The notes under the pieces: generated by a model
What the model saw: the letters and a program-made list of their open reading frames with translations, nothing else
Databases searched by the model: none
What the model was told of the DNA's origin: nothing
Origin: Pirellula staleyi DSM 6068
GTDB lineage: Bacteria; Planctomycetota; Planctomycetia; Pirellulales; Pirellulaceae
Reading direction: 5' to 3'
DNA: 32,000 bases
NCBI GenBank assembly: GCA_000025185.1
Contig: CP001848.1
Location: 5,520,001-5,552,000, forward strand
Shown here: piece by piece, positions 8,777-17,968 of the stretch
How positions within the stretch are numbered: position 1 is the first letter of the stretch
Layout of the letters: the number at the start of each line of letters is the position of its first letter
Position numbers and translations under genes: made by a program

Positions 8777-8962
8777 TGGAAGAGGGATCGGAGATAAAGC
8801 CCTGGGACCAGAGTCAACCAACTCGGTCCCCTTCGTCCTGTCGCTGGTCTCCTTGTCTCTTGGCCTCGAAGGGCTGACCTCTTTTTTCCGCTTGCAATCG
8901 CTGGCGGTGTGCGCGACATTACGGCAGTTCTCACTCCGCCCACCTACCTCGGAGTTCCTGCC

Positions 8963-11077
8963 ATGCGAAGTTTCTTTCGCCCCTTGTCGCTACTGACGCT
9001 TGCGCTACTCAGTTTTTCCGCAGCTGCACAAGAGACCCCGCCTGTAGCCAAACCACAGCCGACCGCCATCGATACCACGCGTGGCGATGCGCTGTTTGCC
9101 CGCTATTTCGAGCGTGAAACGGCCAAGCTCGAGGCCGATTGCCTGAGCGGAATCAAGTCGCTCGACGACTGGAAATCGCGCCGCGTGGTGATGCAGCTGC
9201 AGCTTCACAAAATGCTCGGCCTGTCACCGATGCCCGAGAAGACCGACCTGAAAGTGACAGTCACCGGCCGCGTGGAGCATCCCGATTTCATCGTCGAGAA
9301 GCTGCACTATCAATCGAGTCCCGGGCTCTATGTGACCGGCAATTTGTACCTGCCACGCGACACCACTAAACCCGCGCCGGCGATTCTTTACGTCTGCGGA
9401 CATGGCAAAGTGACGCACGAAGGCAAAAGCATGGGGAACAAAACCCATTACCAGCATCACGGCGGCTGGCTCGCGAAGAACGGCTATGTTTGCCTGGTGA
9501 TCGATACGATTCAGCTCGGCGAGCTCGAGGGGATTCATCACGGCACCTATCGCGAAGGGATGTGGTGGTGGCTCTCGCGCGGCTATACACCGGCGGGAGT
9601 GGAAGCCTGGAACTGCGTGCGCGGCATCGATCTGCTCGAGTCGCGGAAAGAAGTCGACGGCGAGAAAATTGGCGTGACCGGCCGCAGCGGTGGTGGCGCA
9701 TACAGCTGGTGGATTGCTGCGATCGACGAGCGAATCAAAGTGGCGATTCCCACCGCAGGGATCACCGACCTGCGGAATCATGTGGTCGACGGCTGTGTCG
9801 AGGGACATTGCGACTGCATGTTCATGGTGAACATCTATCGCTGGGACTATCCGGCTGTCGCGGCGATGATTGCTCCCCGCCCGCTCCTGATTGCGAACAC
9901 CGACAGCGACCCGATTTTCCCGCTCGATGGCGTGGTGCGGACGTTCGACAAAGTCCGCTCGATCTACAAGCTCTATGACAAGGCCGACAACCTGGGCCTG
10001 AATATCACCAGCGGTGGGCACGTCGATACGCAGGAACTGCAAGTGACAGCGATTCGCTGGCTCGATGTGCATTTGCGCGGCGAGTCGCGACCAATCTTAA
10101 ACGCGGCCGAGAAATACTTTGAGCCACCGACGCTGAAAGTGTTCGAAACGCTCCCTGCCGATGAAATCACGACGAAAATCCACGACACGTTTGTCCCCCT
10201 TCCCCCCTCCCCTGCTGTTCCGCAAAACGGGGCGCAGTGGAACGAGATGACAACCAGCTGGCAAGCTGCACTGAAGCAGCTGCCGCTCCGCAACTGGCCA
10301 GCGAGCGCACCGACTTCACTTCCCAAGCCGGTGTTCGATGTTTCGAAGGAGGGCGTCCGTTTTCGCGCGATCGATTTCCTGAGTGAAGAAGATGTGCCGC
10401 TGCGGATGTACATCGCGCATCGCGCGGGGCTCGAGAAGTTCGATCTCGCCGTGCTTCAAGTGCTGGGAGACAGCGACTGGTCGAATTTTTTAGCGACCTA
10501 CCGCGTCGGTTTTGAAGAACAGCTGCGTGAGGAAACGCTCCCCCCTGCCGATGCCAAATCGGCCGAGAGTACGACGAAGATGTTCGCGGCATTTCCGTGG
10601 GTGATGTGCTATGTCGCGCCGCGCGGAGCGGGACCGACTGCTTTCAACCAGACCGATCGCAAGCAGATCCAGAATCGACGTCGGTTTTATCTGCTGGGGC
10701 AAACGCTCGAGCTGATGCAGGCATGGGATATCCGCCGCGCAATGCAGACGATTCGCTCGGAGCAGTTGCTCGGAAAAACTCCCCTTTGGATCGAAGCGCA
10801 TGGGCCGCTGGCCTCGACGTCGCTCTACGCCGCGCTCTACGAACCACCGCTTGACCGCATCGATCTGCACGATCTTCCCACGAGCCATGCGACCAGCGCA
10901 ACGCCGCTGCTGGGGGTTCAGCAGATCCTCGACCTGCCCCAAACGGTGGCGATGGTCGCCACTCAGTCGCCGGTGGTGATTTACGGCGACGAAACTCCGT
11001 GGAGCTATCCTCGCGAGGTCGCCAAATCGCTCGGCTGGAATGCCAAACAGCTGCAATTCCGCAAAGCAGCTCCGTAG
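8963..11077 (+). CDS. Secreted alpha/beta hydrolase (acetyl-xylan-esterase / dienelactone-hydrolase-like) with a long C-terminal extension
   Basis: ORF 8909..11077, start at ATG 8963 after ggag (MRSFFRPLSLLTLALLSFSAAAQ signal). Nucleophile elbow GVTGRSGGG, then DSDPIFP and GGHVD as candidate Asp/His. Confidence 0.75.
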   Translation: MRSFFRPLSLLTLALLSFSAAAQETPPVAKPQPTAIDTTRGDALFARYFERETAKLEADCLSGIKSLDDWKSRRVVMQLQLHKMLGLSPMPEKTDLKVTVTGRVEHPDFIVEKLHYQSSPGLYVTGNLYLPRDTTKPAPAILYVCGHGKVTHEGKSMGNKTHYQHHGGWLAKNGYVCLVIDTIQLGELEGIHHGTYREGMWWWLSRGYTPAGVEAWNCVRGIDLLESRKEVDGEKIGVTGRSGGGAYSWWIAAIDERIKVAIPTAGITDLRNHVVDGCVEGHCDCMFMVNIYRWDYPAVAAMIAPRPLLIANTDSDPIFPLDGVVRTFDKVRSIYKLYDKADNLGLNITSGGHVDTQELQVTAIRWLDVHLRGESRPILNAAEKYFEPPTLKVFETLPADEITTKIHDTFVPLPPSPAVPQNGAQWNEMTTSWQAALKQLPLRNWPASAPTSLPKPVFDVSKEGVRFRAIDFLSEEDVPLRMYIAHRAGLEKFDLAVLQVLGDSDWSNFLATYRVGFEEQLREETLPPADAKSAESTTKMFAAFPWVMCYVAPRGAGPTAFNQTDRKQIQNRRRFYLLGQTLELMQAWDIRRAMQTIRSEQLLGKTPLWIEAHGPLASTSLYAALYEPPLDRIDLHDLPTSHATSATPLLGVQQILDLPQTVAMVATQSPVVIYGDETPWSYPREVAKSLGWNAKQLQFRKAAP

Positions 11078-11133
11078 CGGCATTGCAGCGGCGTAAAGCC
11101 TCCCCTTTCCACCTTTCTCGACGCGATTCTCTT

Positions 11134-11172
11134 GCGGCTGCGCCCTCTTCCTCTGCAGCCGCTTGCTTTTCA
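11134..11172 (+). terminator. Rho-independent terminator after the hydrolase gene
   Basis: GCGGCTGC (11134-11141) pairs with GCAGCCGC (11155-11162), 13-nt loop, followed by TTGCTTTTCAT. Confidence 0.6.
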
Positions 11173-11241
11173 TACTTGAGGCGTGGCCCGCCGCTCGCGC
11201 GGGCCGCCATCCAGTTCCTCTCTCGCCTCGAGGCTCAGATT

Positions 11242-12345
11242 ATGTCGTGGATTGCCGATCGTACCCGTGCTTTTGATTCCAGCGGCATCCGCAAAGTGTT
11301 CGATCTGGCCGGGAAGATGAAGGACCCGATCAACCTGTCGATTGGGCAGCCCGATTTCGACGTTCCCCCCGAGATTAAAACCGCCTGCATCACCGCCATC
11401 GAGCAAGGGAAGAACGCCTATGCTTTGACGCAAGGGATGCCGGTGCTGCGCGACAAGCTGCAAGCCTCGATCGAGCAAGAGTATCGGCACGCCGATCGGA
11501 AGGTGTTTGTCAGCAGCGGCACCAGTGGCGGCCTGACCCTCGCGATGCTGTCGATCATCAATCCGGGCGACGAAGTGATCGTGTTCGATCCGTACTTCGT
11601 GATGTACACCTCACTCACACAGCTGGCCGGTGGTGTGCCGGTGATCATCGATACCTACCCCGATTTCCGGATCGATCTAGCGAAAGTGAAAGCGGCGATC
11701 ACTCCGCGCACGAAGATGATCCTGCTCAACAGCCCGGCCAATCCGACCGGTGTGGTGGCGACACAAGCCGAAGTGCAAGGGCTCGCCGAAATCGCTGCCG
11801 AGAACAACATTGTGCTGCTCTCGGACGAGATTTATCGAAGCTTTTGCTACGACGCGCCGTTTGAATCCCCGGCCAAGTACAACGACAAAGTGCTGGTGAT
11901 CGACGGCTTCTCGAAGAGCCACGCCATGACCGGCTGGCGTCTCGGTTTTGTGCATGGCCCGGCCGAGATCATCGACACGATGATCAAGCTGCAGCAGTAC
12001 ACGTTTGTCTGCGCGCCGCAGCCGGTGCAATGGGCTGGCGCGGTGGCGATGGATGTCGATATCCAGCCCTATGTCGATGCGTATCGCAAAAAACGCGACA
12101 TGATCACCGAGGGGCTGCAAGATCTCTACGAGCTACCAAGCCCAGGTGGTGCCTTTTATCTCTTCCCCAAAGCGCCTTGGGGAACGGGAAGTGAGTTTGT
12201 CGCCAAAGCGATCGAGAACTCGCTGCTGATCATCCCGGGCAATATTTTCAGCAAGCGCGACAGCCACTTTCGGATTTCGTATGCCGCCTCGGAAGCAACG
12301 ATCGCTCGGGGCATTGAAGTGCTGCGTAAGATCGCCAAACAGTAG
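11242..12345 (+). CDS. Pyridoxal-phosphate-dependent aminotransferase, class I/II (aspartate-aminotransferase-like)
   Basis: ORF 10999..12345, start at ATG 11242 (MSWIADRTRAFDSSGIRKVFDLA). NSPANPTG, and SKSHAMTGWRLG containing the PLP lysine. Confidence 0.9.
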   Translation: MSWIADRTRAFDSSGIRKVFDLAGKMKDPINLSIGQPDFDVPPEIKTACITAIEQGKNAYALTQGMPVLRDKLQASIEQEYRHADRKVFVSSGTSGGLTLAMLSIINPGDEVIVFDPYFVMYTSLTQLAGGVPVIIDTYPDFRIDLAKVKAAITPRTKMILLNSPANPTGVVATQAEVQGLAEIAAENNIVLLSDEIYRSFCYDAPFESPAKYNDKVLVIDGFSKSHAMTGWRLGFVHGPAEIIDTMIKLQQYTFVCAPQPVQWAGAVAMDVDIQPYVDAYRKKRDMITEGLQDLYELPSPGGAFYLFPKAPWGTGSEFVAKAIENSLLIIPGNIFSKRDSHFRISYAASEATIARGIEVLRKIAKQ

Positions 12346-12381
12346 GCAAGTCGGTGAAAAACTCGCTGTCGTAAAAAATAC

Positions 12382-12424
12382 GGGCCGGTCTTCTCCAGGT
12401 GCAGAAGTCCGGCCCTCTTTTTTT
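12382..12424. terminator. Bidirectional rho-independent terminator
   Basis: GGGCCGGTCTTCT (12382-12394) pairs with AGAAGTCCGGCCC (12403-12415): 12 bp plus 1 mismatch, 8-nt loop. The T run at 12418-12424 serves the + strand. The A6 run at 12373-12378 gives a U tract for the - strand gene. Confidence 0.8.
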
Positions 12425-12448
12425 GTCGTTCGTGACAGGCGTTTGGCC

Positions 12449-13036
12449 TTAAGGATTATACGGCCAAGGTGGGAGCCGATTCAGATAATCGGGATGCACC
12501 CCCTTGAGCCAAACGTAGTTGTCGTCGATCCGCTGGGGAACAACGAGTCGACAGCCGACGATGCCATAGACCGCAGCCCCGAGGACCATCACGATCCCCG
12601 CGAGGATCAAAAACCCGACAATATCGGAATTCGCATTGGCGACGCCCGCGATGAAAGCGACCACTCCCAGGAGGGCAATGCTCCAAGCGATCAGCATCCG
12701 TGTTTGTCGCCGCTTATACCACTCTTCGGTGAGCGGAATATCGATCACCGCTTTCTTCTGCATGATCATCGCAATGACGGCGTAGATGATCAGATTCGCC
12801 AAGAGCGCCAGGTAAACCAGTGGCGGATGCCAGGTCAGGTTTCGCTTCAGTGTGCGTGTGGCTGGCTGATTGCTGAGGATGCAGATTTCCTTCGGAATCG
12901 GCGCGTGCTTAAACATCACGAGCACATTTCCCTTACGCCACATCGTCACTTGAGGGCCAGTCGGGACAGCAACTTGCTCGGCGAAAGGATTCGGAGCGGC
13001 TGGTGTGTAAGCGTACGGGTTAATGTTGCTCATCAA
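12449..13036 (-). CDS. Hypothetical membrane protein (3 predicted TM helices)
   Basis: 195 aa. Soluble N-terminal part, then LVYLALLANLIIYAVIAMIM, MLIAWSIALLGVVAFIAGVA and IVGFLILAGIVMVLGAAVYGIV. The competing + ORF 12281..13063 overlaps the aminotransferase 3' end and the terminator and looks non-coding. Confidence 0.65.
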   Translation of the reverse strand: MMSNINPYAYTPAAPNPFAEQVAVPTGPQVTMWRKGNVLVMFKHAPIPKEICILSNQPATRTLKRNLTWHPPLVYLALLANLIIYAVIAMIMQKKAVIDIPLTEEWYKRRQTRMLIAWSIALLGVVAFIAGVANANSDIVGFLILAGIVMVLGAAVYGIVGCRLVVPQRIDDNYVWLKGVHPDYLNRLPPWPYNP

Positions 13037-13077
13037 GGCTGCCTATCGAAGGAAAAAGCTTAGGGCTCGACTGACGA

Positions 13078-14001
13078 TCAGCTGGCAAAAATCTTATCCA
13101 TGCGGGCTGCGACATCGGTCAGCCACTCGCGATCGCCGCCAGGAATTTCGGCCGTTCCCCAGCCACTCGTGAAGCCCACCTTCTTGAGTTCGGCCATCAC
13201 CTTGGGGAAGTCGGAATCTCCTTCGAGCAGTTTGGCGGCGAAACCTTTGCCGAGCGACTCCCCTTCGGCCACTTTCTTATAGTCCTTGATGTCGAGCTTC
13301 TTGATCCGTTTGCCAAGAATCGGCACCCACTCGGCTGGAGGCGAATAGCGGACCGTGTTGCCGATGTCGAAGTATGAACCGACGCGCGACGATTCGCAGG
13401 CGTCGATGAAGTCGGCCATCTGCTGCGGCGCGACAAGGAAATCGTTCCAGACGTTTTCGATGAGGATGTCGATCCCCATTTCGTCGGCCAGTCCGGTCAC
13501 TTTCTTGATCTCAGCGACACTGCGCTCGAACGCTTGCTCGTAGGTGGCGTCGGCGGTGACGCGACCGGGAACCAGCAGCACGCTGGTGCCGCCAATATCT
13601 TTGCTGAACTTCATGGCGGTCTTGAGCGCTTCGAGCCCCTCGGCACGCACGTCGGGATTGGGGTCCGAGAGACGCTTGTTCCAGTGGACCGAATCGACGA
13701 CACCGGGGACTTCGAGCCCCGTTTCGTCCTTGGCCTTCAGCACCTCTTCGACAGTTAAGGGGCCGGGGCTATCGAGTTCGACACCGTCGAATCCGAGTTC
13801 CTTGAGGAGCTTGAACTTGTCGAGCACGCTGCCGGGAACCTGAACCATGTACCATTTCACAGCCTTCCTGAAGCCCGGCATTTTGTCCTCAGCAGCGGCA
13901 AATGGCGAAGAAAAGAGCGAAGAGCCGGCGAGGGTGGCAGCGGCAGCTCCGGCGAGGAAGTGACGACGCGAAAGTGCAGCGGGTGCGTGATCGGAGTTCA
14001 T
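13078..14001 (-). CDS. Tat-exported sugar phosphate isomerase/epimerase (xylose-isomerase-like TIM barrel)
   Basis: Twin-arginine signal MNSDHAPAALSRRHFLAGAAAATLAGS. GFDGVEL, a candidate IENVWN metal-site motif, and YFDIGN are typical of the AP-endonuclease 2 / xylose-isomerase-like family. Confidence 0.85.
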   Translation of the reverse strand: MNSDHAPAALSRRHFLAGAAAATLAGSSLFSSPFAAAEDKMPGFRKAVKWYMVQVPGSVLDKFKLLKELGFDGVELDSPGPLTVEEVLKAKDETGLEVPGVVDSVHWNKRLSDPNPDVRAEGLEALKTAMKFSKDIGGTSVLLVPGRVTADATYEQAFERSVAEIKKVTGLADEMGIDILIENVWNDFLVAPQQMADFIDACESSRVGSYFDIGNTVRYSPPAEWVPILGKRIKKLDIKDYKKVAEGESLGKGFAAKLLEGDSDFPKVMAELKKVGFTSGWGTAEIPGGDREWLTDVAARMDKIFAS

Positions 14002-14017
14002 AAGCCTTGCGTTTTCG

Positions 14018-14045
14018 AAGCGGAACAGATTTTAAAAGCGGAACA
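14018..14045 (+). repeat. Exact 10-nt direct repeat AAGCGGAACA x2 (14018-14027, 14036-14045) in a divergent promoter region
   Basis: Read directly from the sequence. 18-nt period. The first copy starts 17 nt from the isomerase start codon. Each copy contains GGAAC. Confidence 0.6.
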
Positions 14046-14318
14046 CAAAAGAAGGTTCGCCGTGGTGGTCGCGGAGAGGCGCGGAGAGAAGCTGACAGCA
14101 AAAGCGAGACTCGAAATATACTCGCCCGCTGTGGTCGCATTCAACCCAAACGTCTCCGCCGTCGGCTTTTGGGTGGCGGCTGGGGGCTCGAAAGTTCACC
14201 CCAGGGGAAAGTTGGTCGCGAGCGCGACAACGATCGGATAAACTTTGACCGACTCCACGGGAGCCGCTTCCCTGAGCGCTCTTTATCCCCACACTCTCCC
14301 TGCTTTGCAGATTTCACC

Positions 14319-15638
14319 ATGCCGATCACGCTCCCCCGTTGGTTCACCGGCCGCTTCCAAGTTACGCGTCTCGTTTTGATCGCCGCTGGACTGCTCCCAT
14401 CCCTGGGCTGCATCAATTCGTACTCCGAAACCACAACGGCCCCAAGTCCAGTCGCCTCCACCGAGGTCGCGGCGAAAGACAAGCCAGCCCCTTCAGCCGC
14501 TGCTGATGCCGAGCAGCGCCAACCGGTCGCCCAGGCCCCGCGCGTGCTGAGCGACGCCGATCTAGCGGCTGGCTGGATCGCCCTGTTCGATGGCGAGACC
14601 TTATTTGGCTGGAAGGCTTACAGCAAAGCGAACTGGGCCGTGAAGGAGGGGGCCATCACTGTTTCTGAAGGTGAAAAGGGGCTCCTCTGCACGCACGTGC
14701 AATTTTCCGACTACGAGTTGCGGCTCGACTACCAAGCGACCCCCGAGACCAACAGCGGCATTTTTCTGCGCACTCCCACGGTGGCTGAACTCGAGGATGT
14801 GACAACCCGCTGCTATGAGCTGAACATCGCCCCGCCATCGAACGGTTTTCCGACCGGCAGCCTCGTGGGCCGCGAAAAAGCGGAAGGAATTGTGACCGAC
14901 AATGCATGGCACACGCTGCATGTGACGTTGCTGGGCGACAAAGTGACGGTGAAGCACGACGACAAGGAGCTGTATACCTACACCGACAAGATGCCCCCCG
15001 GACGAGGCTATATCGGGCTGCAACTCAACTCCGGCGCGATCGCTTTCAAGAATGTGCATCTGAAGCCACTGGCGCTTGCGCCAATTTTTAACGGCAAGGA
15101 TCTAACTGGATGGTCGCAGCCCGAGGGGTCGAAGAGCGAGTTCAGTGTCAGCGAGGATGGACTGCTGAAGGTGAAGAATGGGCGGGGAGCGCTCGAGAGC
15201 GACGGCGCCTACGGCGATTTTGTCCTGCAACTGGAGTGCATGACGCACGCCAAAGAGCTGAACAGCGGCATTTTCTTCCGGTCGATTCCGAAGGAACTAA
15301 CCAACGGCTACGAGAGCCAAATTCACAACGGCTATAAAAACGGCGATCGGACCCAGCCGGTCGATCATGGAACCGGCGCGATCTTTCGTCGCGTGAATGC
15401 CCGGCTCGTCGTGGCCGACGATCTCGCCTGGCTTTACAAAACCGTGGTAGCCGATGGGGCCAATATCGAGGTGTGGGTGAACGGCTATCCGGTCACCGCC
15501 TGGACCGACGAGCGCAAGGCCGATAAAAACCCGCGCAATGGCCTGCGAACCGAAGCTGGCACGCTGCAGATCCAAGGACACGACCCCACGACCGATCTCT
15601 CGTTTCGCAACATCAAGATCGCCGAACTGCGAAAGTAG
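14319..15638 (+). CDS. Lipoprotein with two DUF1080 (3-keto-disaccharide hydrolase-like, concanavalin-type) domains
   Basis: ORF 14007..15638, start at ATG 14319 (MPITLPRWFTGRFQVTRLVLIAAGLLPSLGC). Two repeats of the pattern LF.G..L.GW......W.V..G.......L.....Y.DF.L..........NSGIF.R........IAFKN / LSFRNI. Confidence 0.85.
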   Translation: MPITLPRWFTGRFQVTRLVLIAAGLLPSLGCINSYSETTTAPSPVASTEVAAKDKPAPSAAADAEQRQPVAQAPRVLSDADLAAGWIALFDGETLFGWKAYSKANWAVKEGAITVSEGEKGLLCTHVQFSDYELRLDYQATPETNSGIFLRTPTVAELEDVTTRCYELNIAPPSNGFPTGSLVGREKAEGIVTDNAWHTLHVTLLGDKVTVKHDDKELYTYTDKMPPGRGYIGLQLNSGAIAFKNVHLKPLALAPIFNGKDLTGWSQPEGSKSEFSVSEDGLLKVKNGRGALESDGAYGDFVLQLECMTHAKELNSGIFFRSIPKELTNGYESQIHNGYKNGDRTQPVDHGTGAIFRRVNARLVVADDLAWLYKTVVADGANIEVWVNGYPVTAWTDERKADKNPRNGLRTEAGTLQIQGHDPTTDLSFRNIKIAELRK

Positions 15639-15683
15639 TTCGCGCGATCACAACGGTGTTGACCTACGCCGAGCAGAGTCACT

Positions 15684-16232
15684 CTAACGCAACGGCTTAC
15701 GCTCTTGGAAAGTCGCTGGATAACGTTCTTTTACAAACTTCCAGAAGTTGTCGCGAATGGCAACTTCTTCGTCGTGATATCGCTCCCAGTATCCGGGCAC
15801 GTGCCAATGCATGGGTCCGTTACAAGCAAACTCTTCCGGTTCAGATGAGTGCGACCAGAAGTCGGGAACCGTGGGATCGACTATCTGAAACAACGACCGA
15901 TGAAACAGGCATGGATCGTTGACATTATTGAGGAGACGATAGCGACTCGCCTCTATAGCTAGAACTTCGTAGTGGCGATCAACGGTCAGACTCCAATGTT
16001 CACGAACACTCCACTTCGCCTGCGAATTTGTCGATTCACTACAAACAGTGCCCAAGCAAACGATCCAGTCACGGTGATACAAGTCAACGAGGATTTCCAG
16101 CATTTTGCTAGGAGACAATCCAATGATTGCTGCTAGTTCATCTGCGGTAAATGATTTGCTCGGCGAGGATGCCGATACCTTTCTAGCAATCTGGCAGATG
16201 TTGTCGTAATTGCCTAGGAATTGAACGATCAT
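15684..16232 (-). CDS. Orphan hypothetical protein; possible N-terminal winged-helix segment; lower-GC gene
   Basis: 182 aa. FTADELAAIIGLSPSKMLEILVDLYHRDWIV resembles a wHTH recognition region. The C-terminal half is rich in W, H, Y and F. Lines I counted inside the gene are 42-52 % GC, versus 63 % in a flanking line. Confidence 0.55.
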   Translation of the reverse strand: MIVQFLGNYDNICQIARKVSASSPSKSFTADELAAIIGLSPSKMLEILVDLYHRDWIVCLGTVCSESTNSQAKWSVREHWSLTVDRHYEVLAIEASRYRLLNNVNDPCLFHRSLFQIVDPTVPDFWSHSSEPEEFACNGPMHWHVPGYWERYHDEEVAIRDNFWKFVKERYPATFQERKPLR

Positions 16233-16315
16233 TTAAGCAGCACTCGCATAAGCCACGAGGTTTGTACCGCTTTGGCATTTTTTAGGGCTGTCCCTGGGGA
16301 GACGTGGCGTACGAC

Positions 16316-16342
16316 AGCTCAGGCTGGCAAGCAACCTGAGCT
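16316..16342 (-). terminator. Hairpin downstream of the SPFH gene (weak terminator candidate)
   Basis: AGCTCAGG (16316-16323) pairs with CCTGAGCT (16335-16342), 11-nt loop. No U tract on the minus strand. Confidence 0.3.
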
Positions 16343-16389
16343 ATCAAGACGCGTGGTGCGCTGCGATTCCGCCGAGCGAACATGCGCCC

Positions 16390-17760
16390 TTAATTCTGGT
16401 CGCTGCCGACGATTTGCTCTTCCACTTTGTCGGCCTGCCAGGCAATCGTGTTGATCGAGCGGCTGACATCGAGCGCCGTTGTCGTGCTGGCGAGCTGGCT
16501 CGTGCAAACCACCACCACATCGCCGCTGGCGGTGCTTTGAATCGCAAAGGCTCCCAGCACCATCTGGGTGTTGAACTTCAGCAGCTGAATGGCGTTTTCT
16601 GGCGTGCTCGGTCCGCAAACGCTGGTGTAGCTGATCACCGGCAAGCCGCTCGAGTCCTTCTGATCGAAGCGGACCACCACCGTTTGCTTGCGCAAACTTC
16701 CGACCGGGACCACAATTTGCCACGCATCGCCCGATTCGAGCAGTTGCCAGGCAGAGGTCTGCGCAACACTGCGAACCAGTTGCTTTGGGTCAACCGGCGT
16801 CACCTTCGCCGCTGCCAGCCCCGAGAGATCGAGTCCTGCGGTGCCCGCAGCAGGCGAGGCTGCAGTTGCAGTGCCAGGGGGTGGTGCAAACTGGCTGCTA
16901 TTCACCTGCGGATTATTTGCCATCGCCTCGCGAATCATCTGCGGCAGCATCATGCCGTAGCCAGCTCCCATCCCCATGCCCATCGCTGCGCCGGCTCCTC
17001 CCCCCTGCTGTTCGGCTAGTTTGGTGAGGCTGCTGGCTGCCTGATACGCTGTAAATGCCTGCAAATCGCCAATCACTCCCATGCTGCTGCGCGTATCGAT
17101 CGCCTTCTGCACTTCTTCGGGAGGTGTGATCGCGTTGATGAAAAAGTCGACCAGTTCGAGGCCAAATTTTTCGAAGTCGGCTTTGATCGAGTTGGTCGAA
17201 TCTTTTCCCAGCTCGTCGAATTTCGCGGGTAAATCGAGCAGGCTGATTTGCTGCGTCCCGATGATGTCGGTCAGCCGCGCAACGATCAAATCCTTGAGAT
17301 ACGCTGTGATCTCCTCGGTGGTCGTTTTCCCTTGCGTTCCCACCAGTTCATCGAGCAACTTCACGCTGTCGGCCACGCGGTAGGCAAACTTGCCATTGGC
17401 CCGCAGACGGACGATGCCGAAATCGCGATCGCGCACCGTAATTGGCTGACGCGTTCCCCATTTTTGATCGAGGAATGTCTGCAGCCCTACGAAGTAAACT
17501 TGGGCCTGAAACGGCGATTTTTCCCAAGGAATCGTGAGCAAACGGGTGAGGATCGGCACGTTCCAAGTGGTCAGGGTGTGTCGCCCGGGACCAAACTTGT
17601 CGAGCGCCTGACCACTCCGCACAAACACCGCTTCCTGGTTCGGCTGCACGATCAGCTGCGCGCCGATCTTAATATCGGCCGAGCCATCGGGTGGCACGCG
17701 GTGCACCAGGGTGCGGTTTGTCTCGTCGAAGAAATCAATGACTTCGATTCGAATGCCCAT
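16390..17760 (-). CDS. SPFH/band-7 domain protein of the YdjI / virion-core-like (COG4260) type with a Gly/Met-rich linker and a YbjN-like C-terminal domain
   Basis: The N-terminus [71 protein letters not shown] matches the COG4260 pattern. Linker [19 protein letters not shown]. The C-terminal 130 aa are assigned to the YbjN-like family by pattern only. Confidence 0.75.
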   Translation of the reverse strand: MGIRIEVIDFFDETNRTLVHRVPPDGSADIKIGAQLIVQPNQEAVFVRSGQALDKFGPGRHTLTTWNVPILTRLLTIPWEKSPFQAQVYFVGLQTFLDQKWGTRQPITVRDRDFGIVRLRANGKFAYRVADSVKLLDELVGTQGKTTTEEITAYLKDLIVARLTDIIGTQQISLLDLPAKFDELGKDSTNSIKADFEKFGLELVDFFINAITPPEEVQKAIDTRSSMGVIGDLQAFTAYQAASSLTKLAEQQGGGAGAAMGMGMGAGYGMMLPQMIREAMANNPQVNSSQFAPPPGTATAASPAAGTAGLDLSGLAAAKVTPVDPKQLVRSVAQTSAWQLLESGDAWQIVVPVGSLRKQTVVVRFDQKDSSGLPVISYTSVCGPSTPENAIQLLKFNTQMVLGAFAIQSTASGDVVVVCTSQLASTTTALDVSRSINTIAWQADKVEEQIVGSDQN

Positions 17761-17968
17761 CGTCGCTTTTCTCTACTTTTTTTCTAAGAAATCGTCGTCG
17801 CCTGTTGAAGAGCCGTGCGGGGTCGTGCTCTAGCGCATGTTCTACGTCACCCGCGCTGAACTTGCCAGCGCACATCGCCTGGTCGATGATAGACCAACCC
17901 AGTGCCCCCGCAAAAGTGATTCGCTCGGCGGCGTCAGTTCTTCCCTTGTCACCCTTGAAGGTCCTTGT

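Noticed and set aside
9224-10072. 282-aa minus-strand ORF inside the hydrolase gene
   Set aside because: Codon-aligned shadow of 8963-11077 (+).
12281-13063. 260-aa plus-strand ORF
   Set aside because: It starts inside the aminotransferase gene and reads through the strong bidirectional terminator at 12382-12424. The minus-strand frame 12449-13036 has clear TM helices.
14007-14318. N-terminal 104 aa of ORF 14007..15638
   Set aside because: This part is Arg/Gly-rich and lacks a signal. The internal ATG 14319 gives a proper signal peptide with a lipobox-like Cys directly before the first DUF1080 domain.
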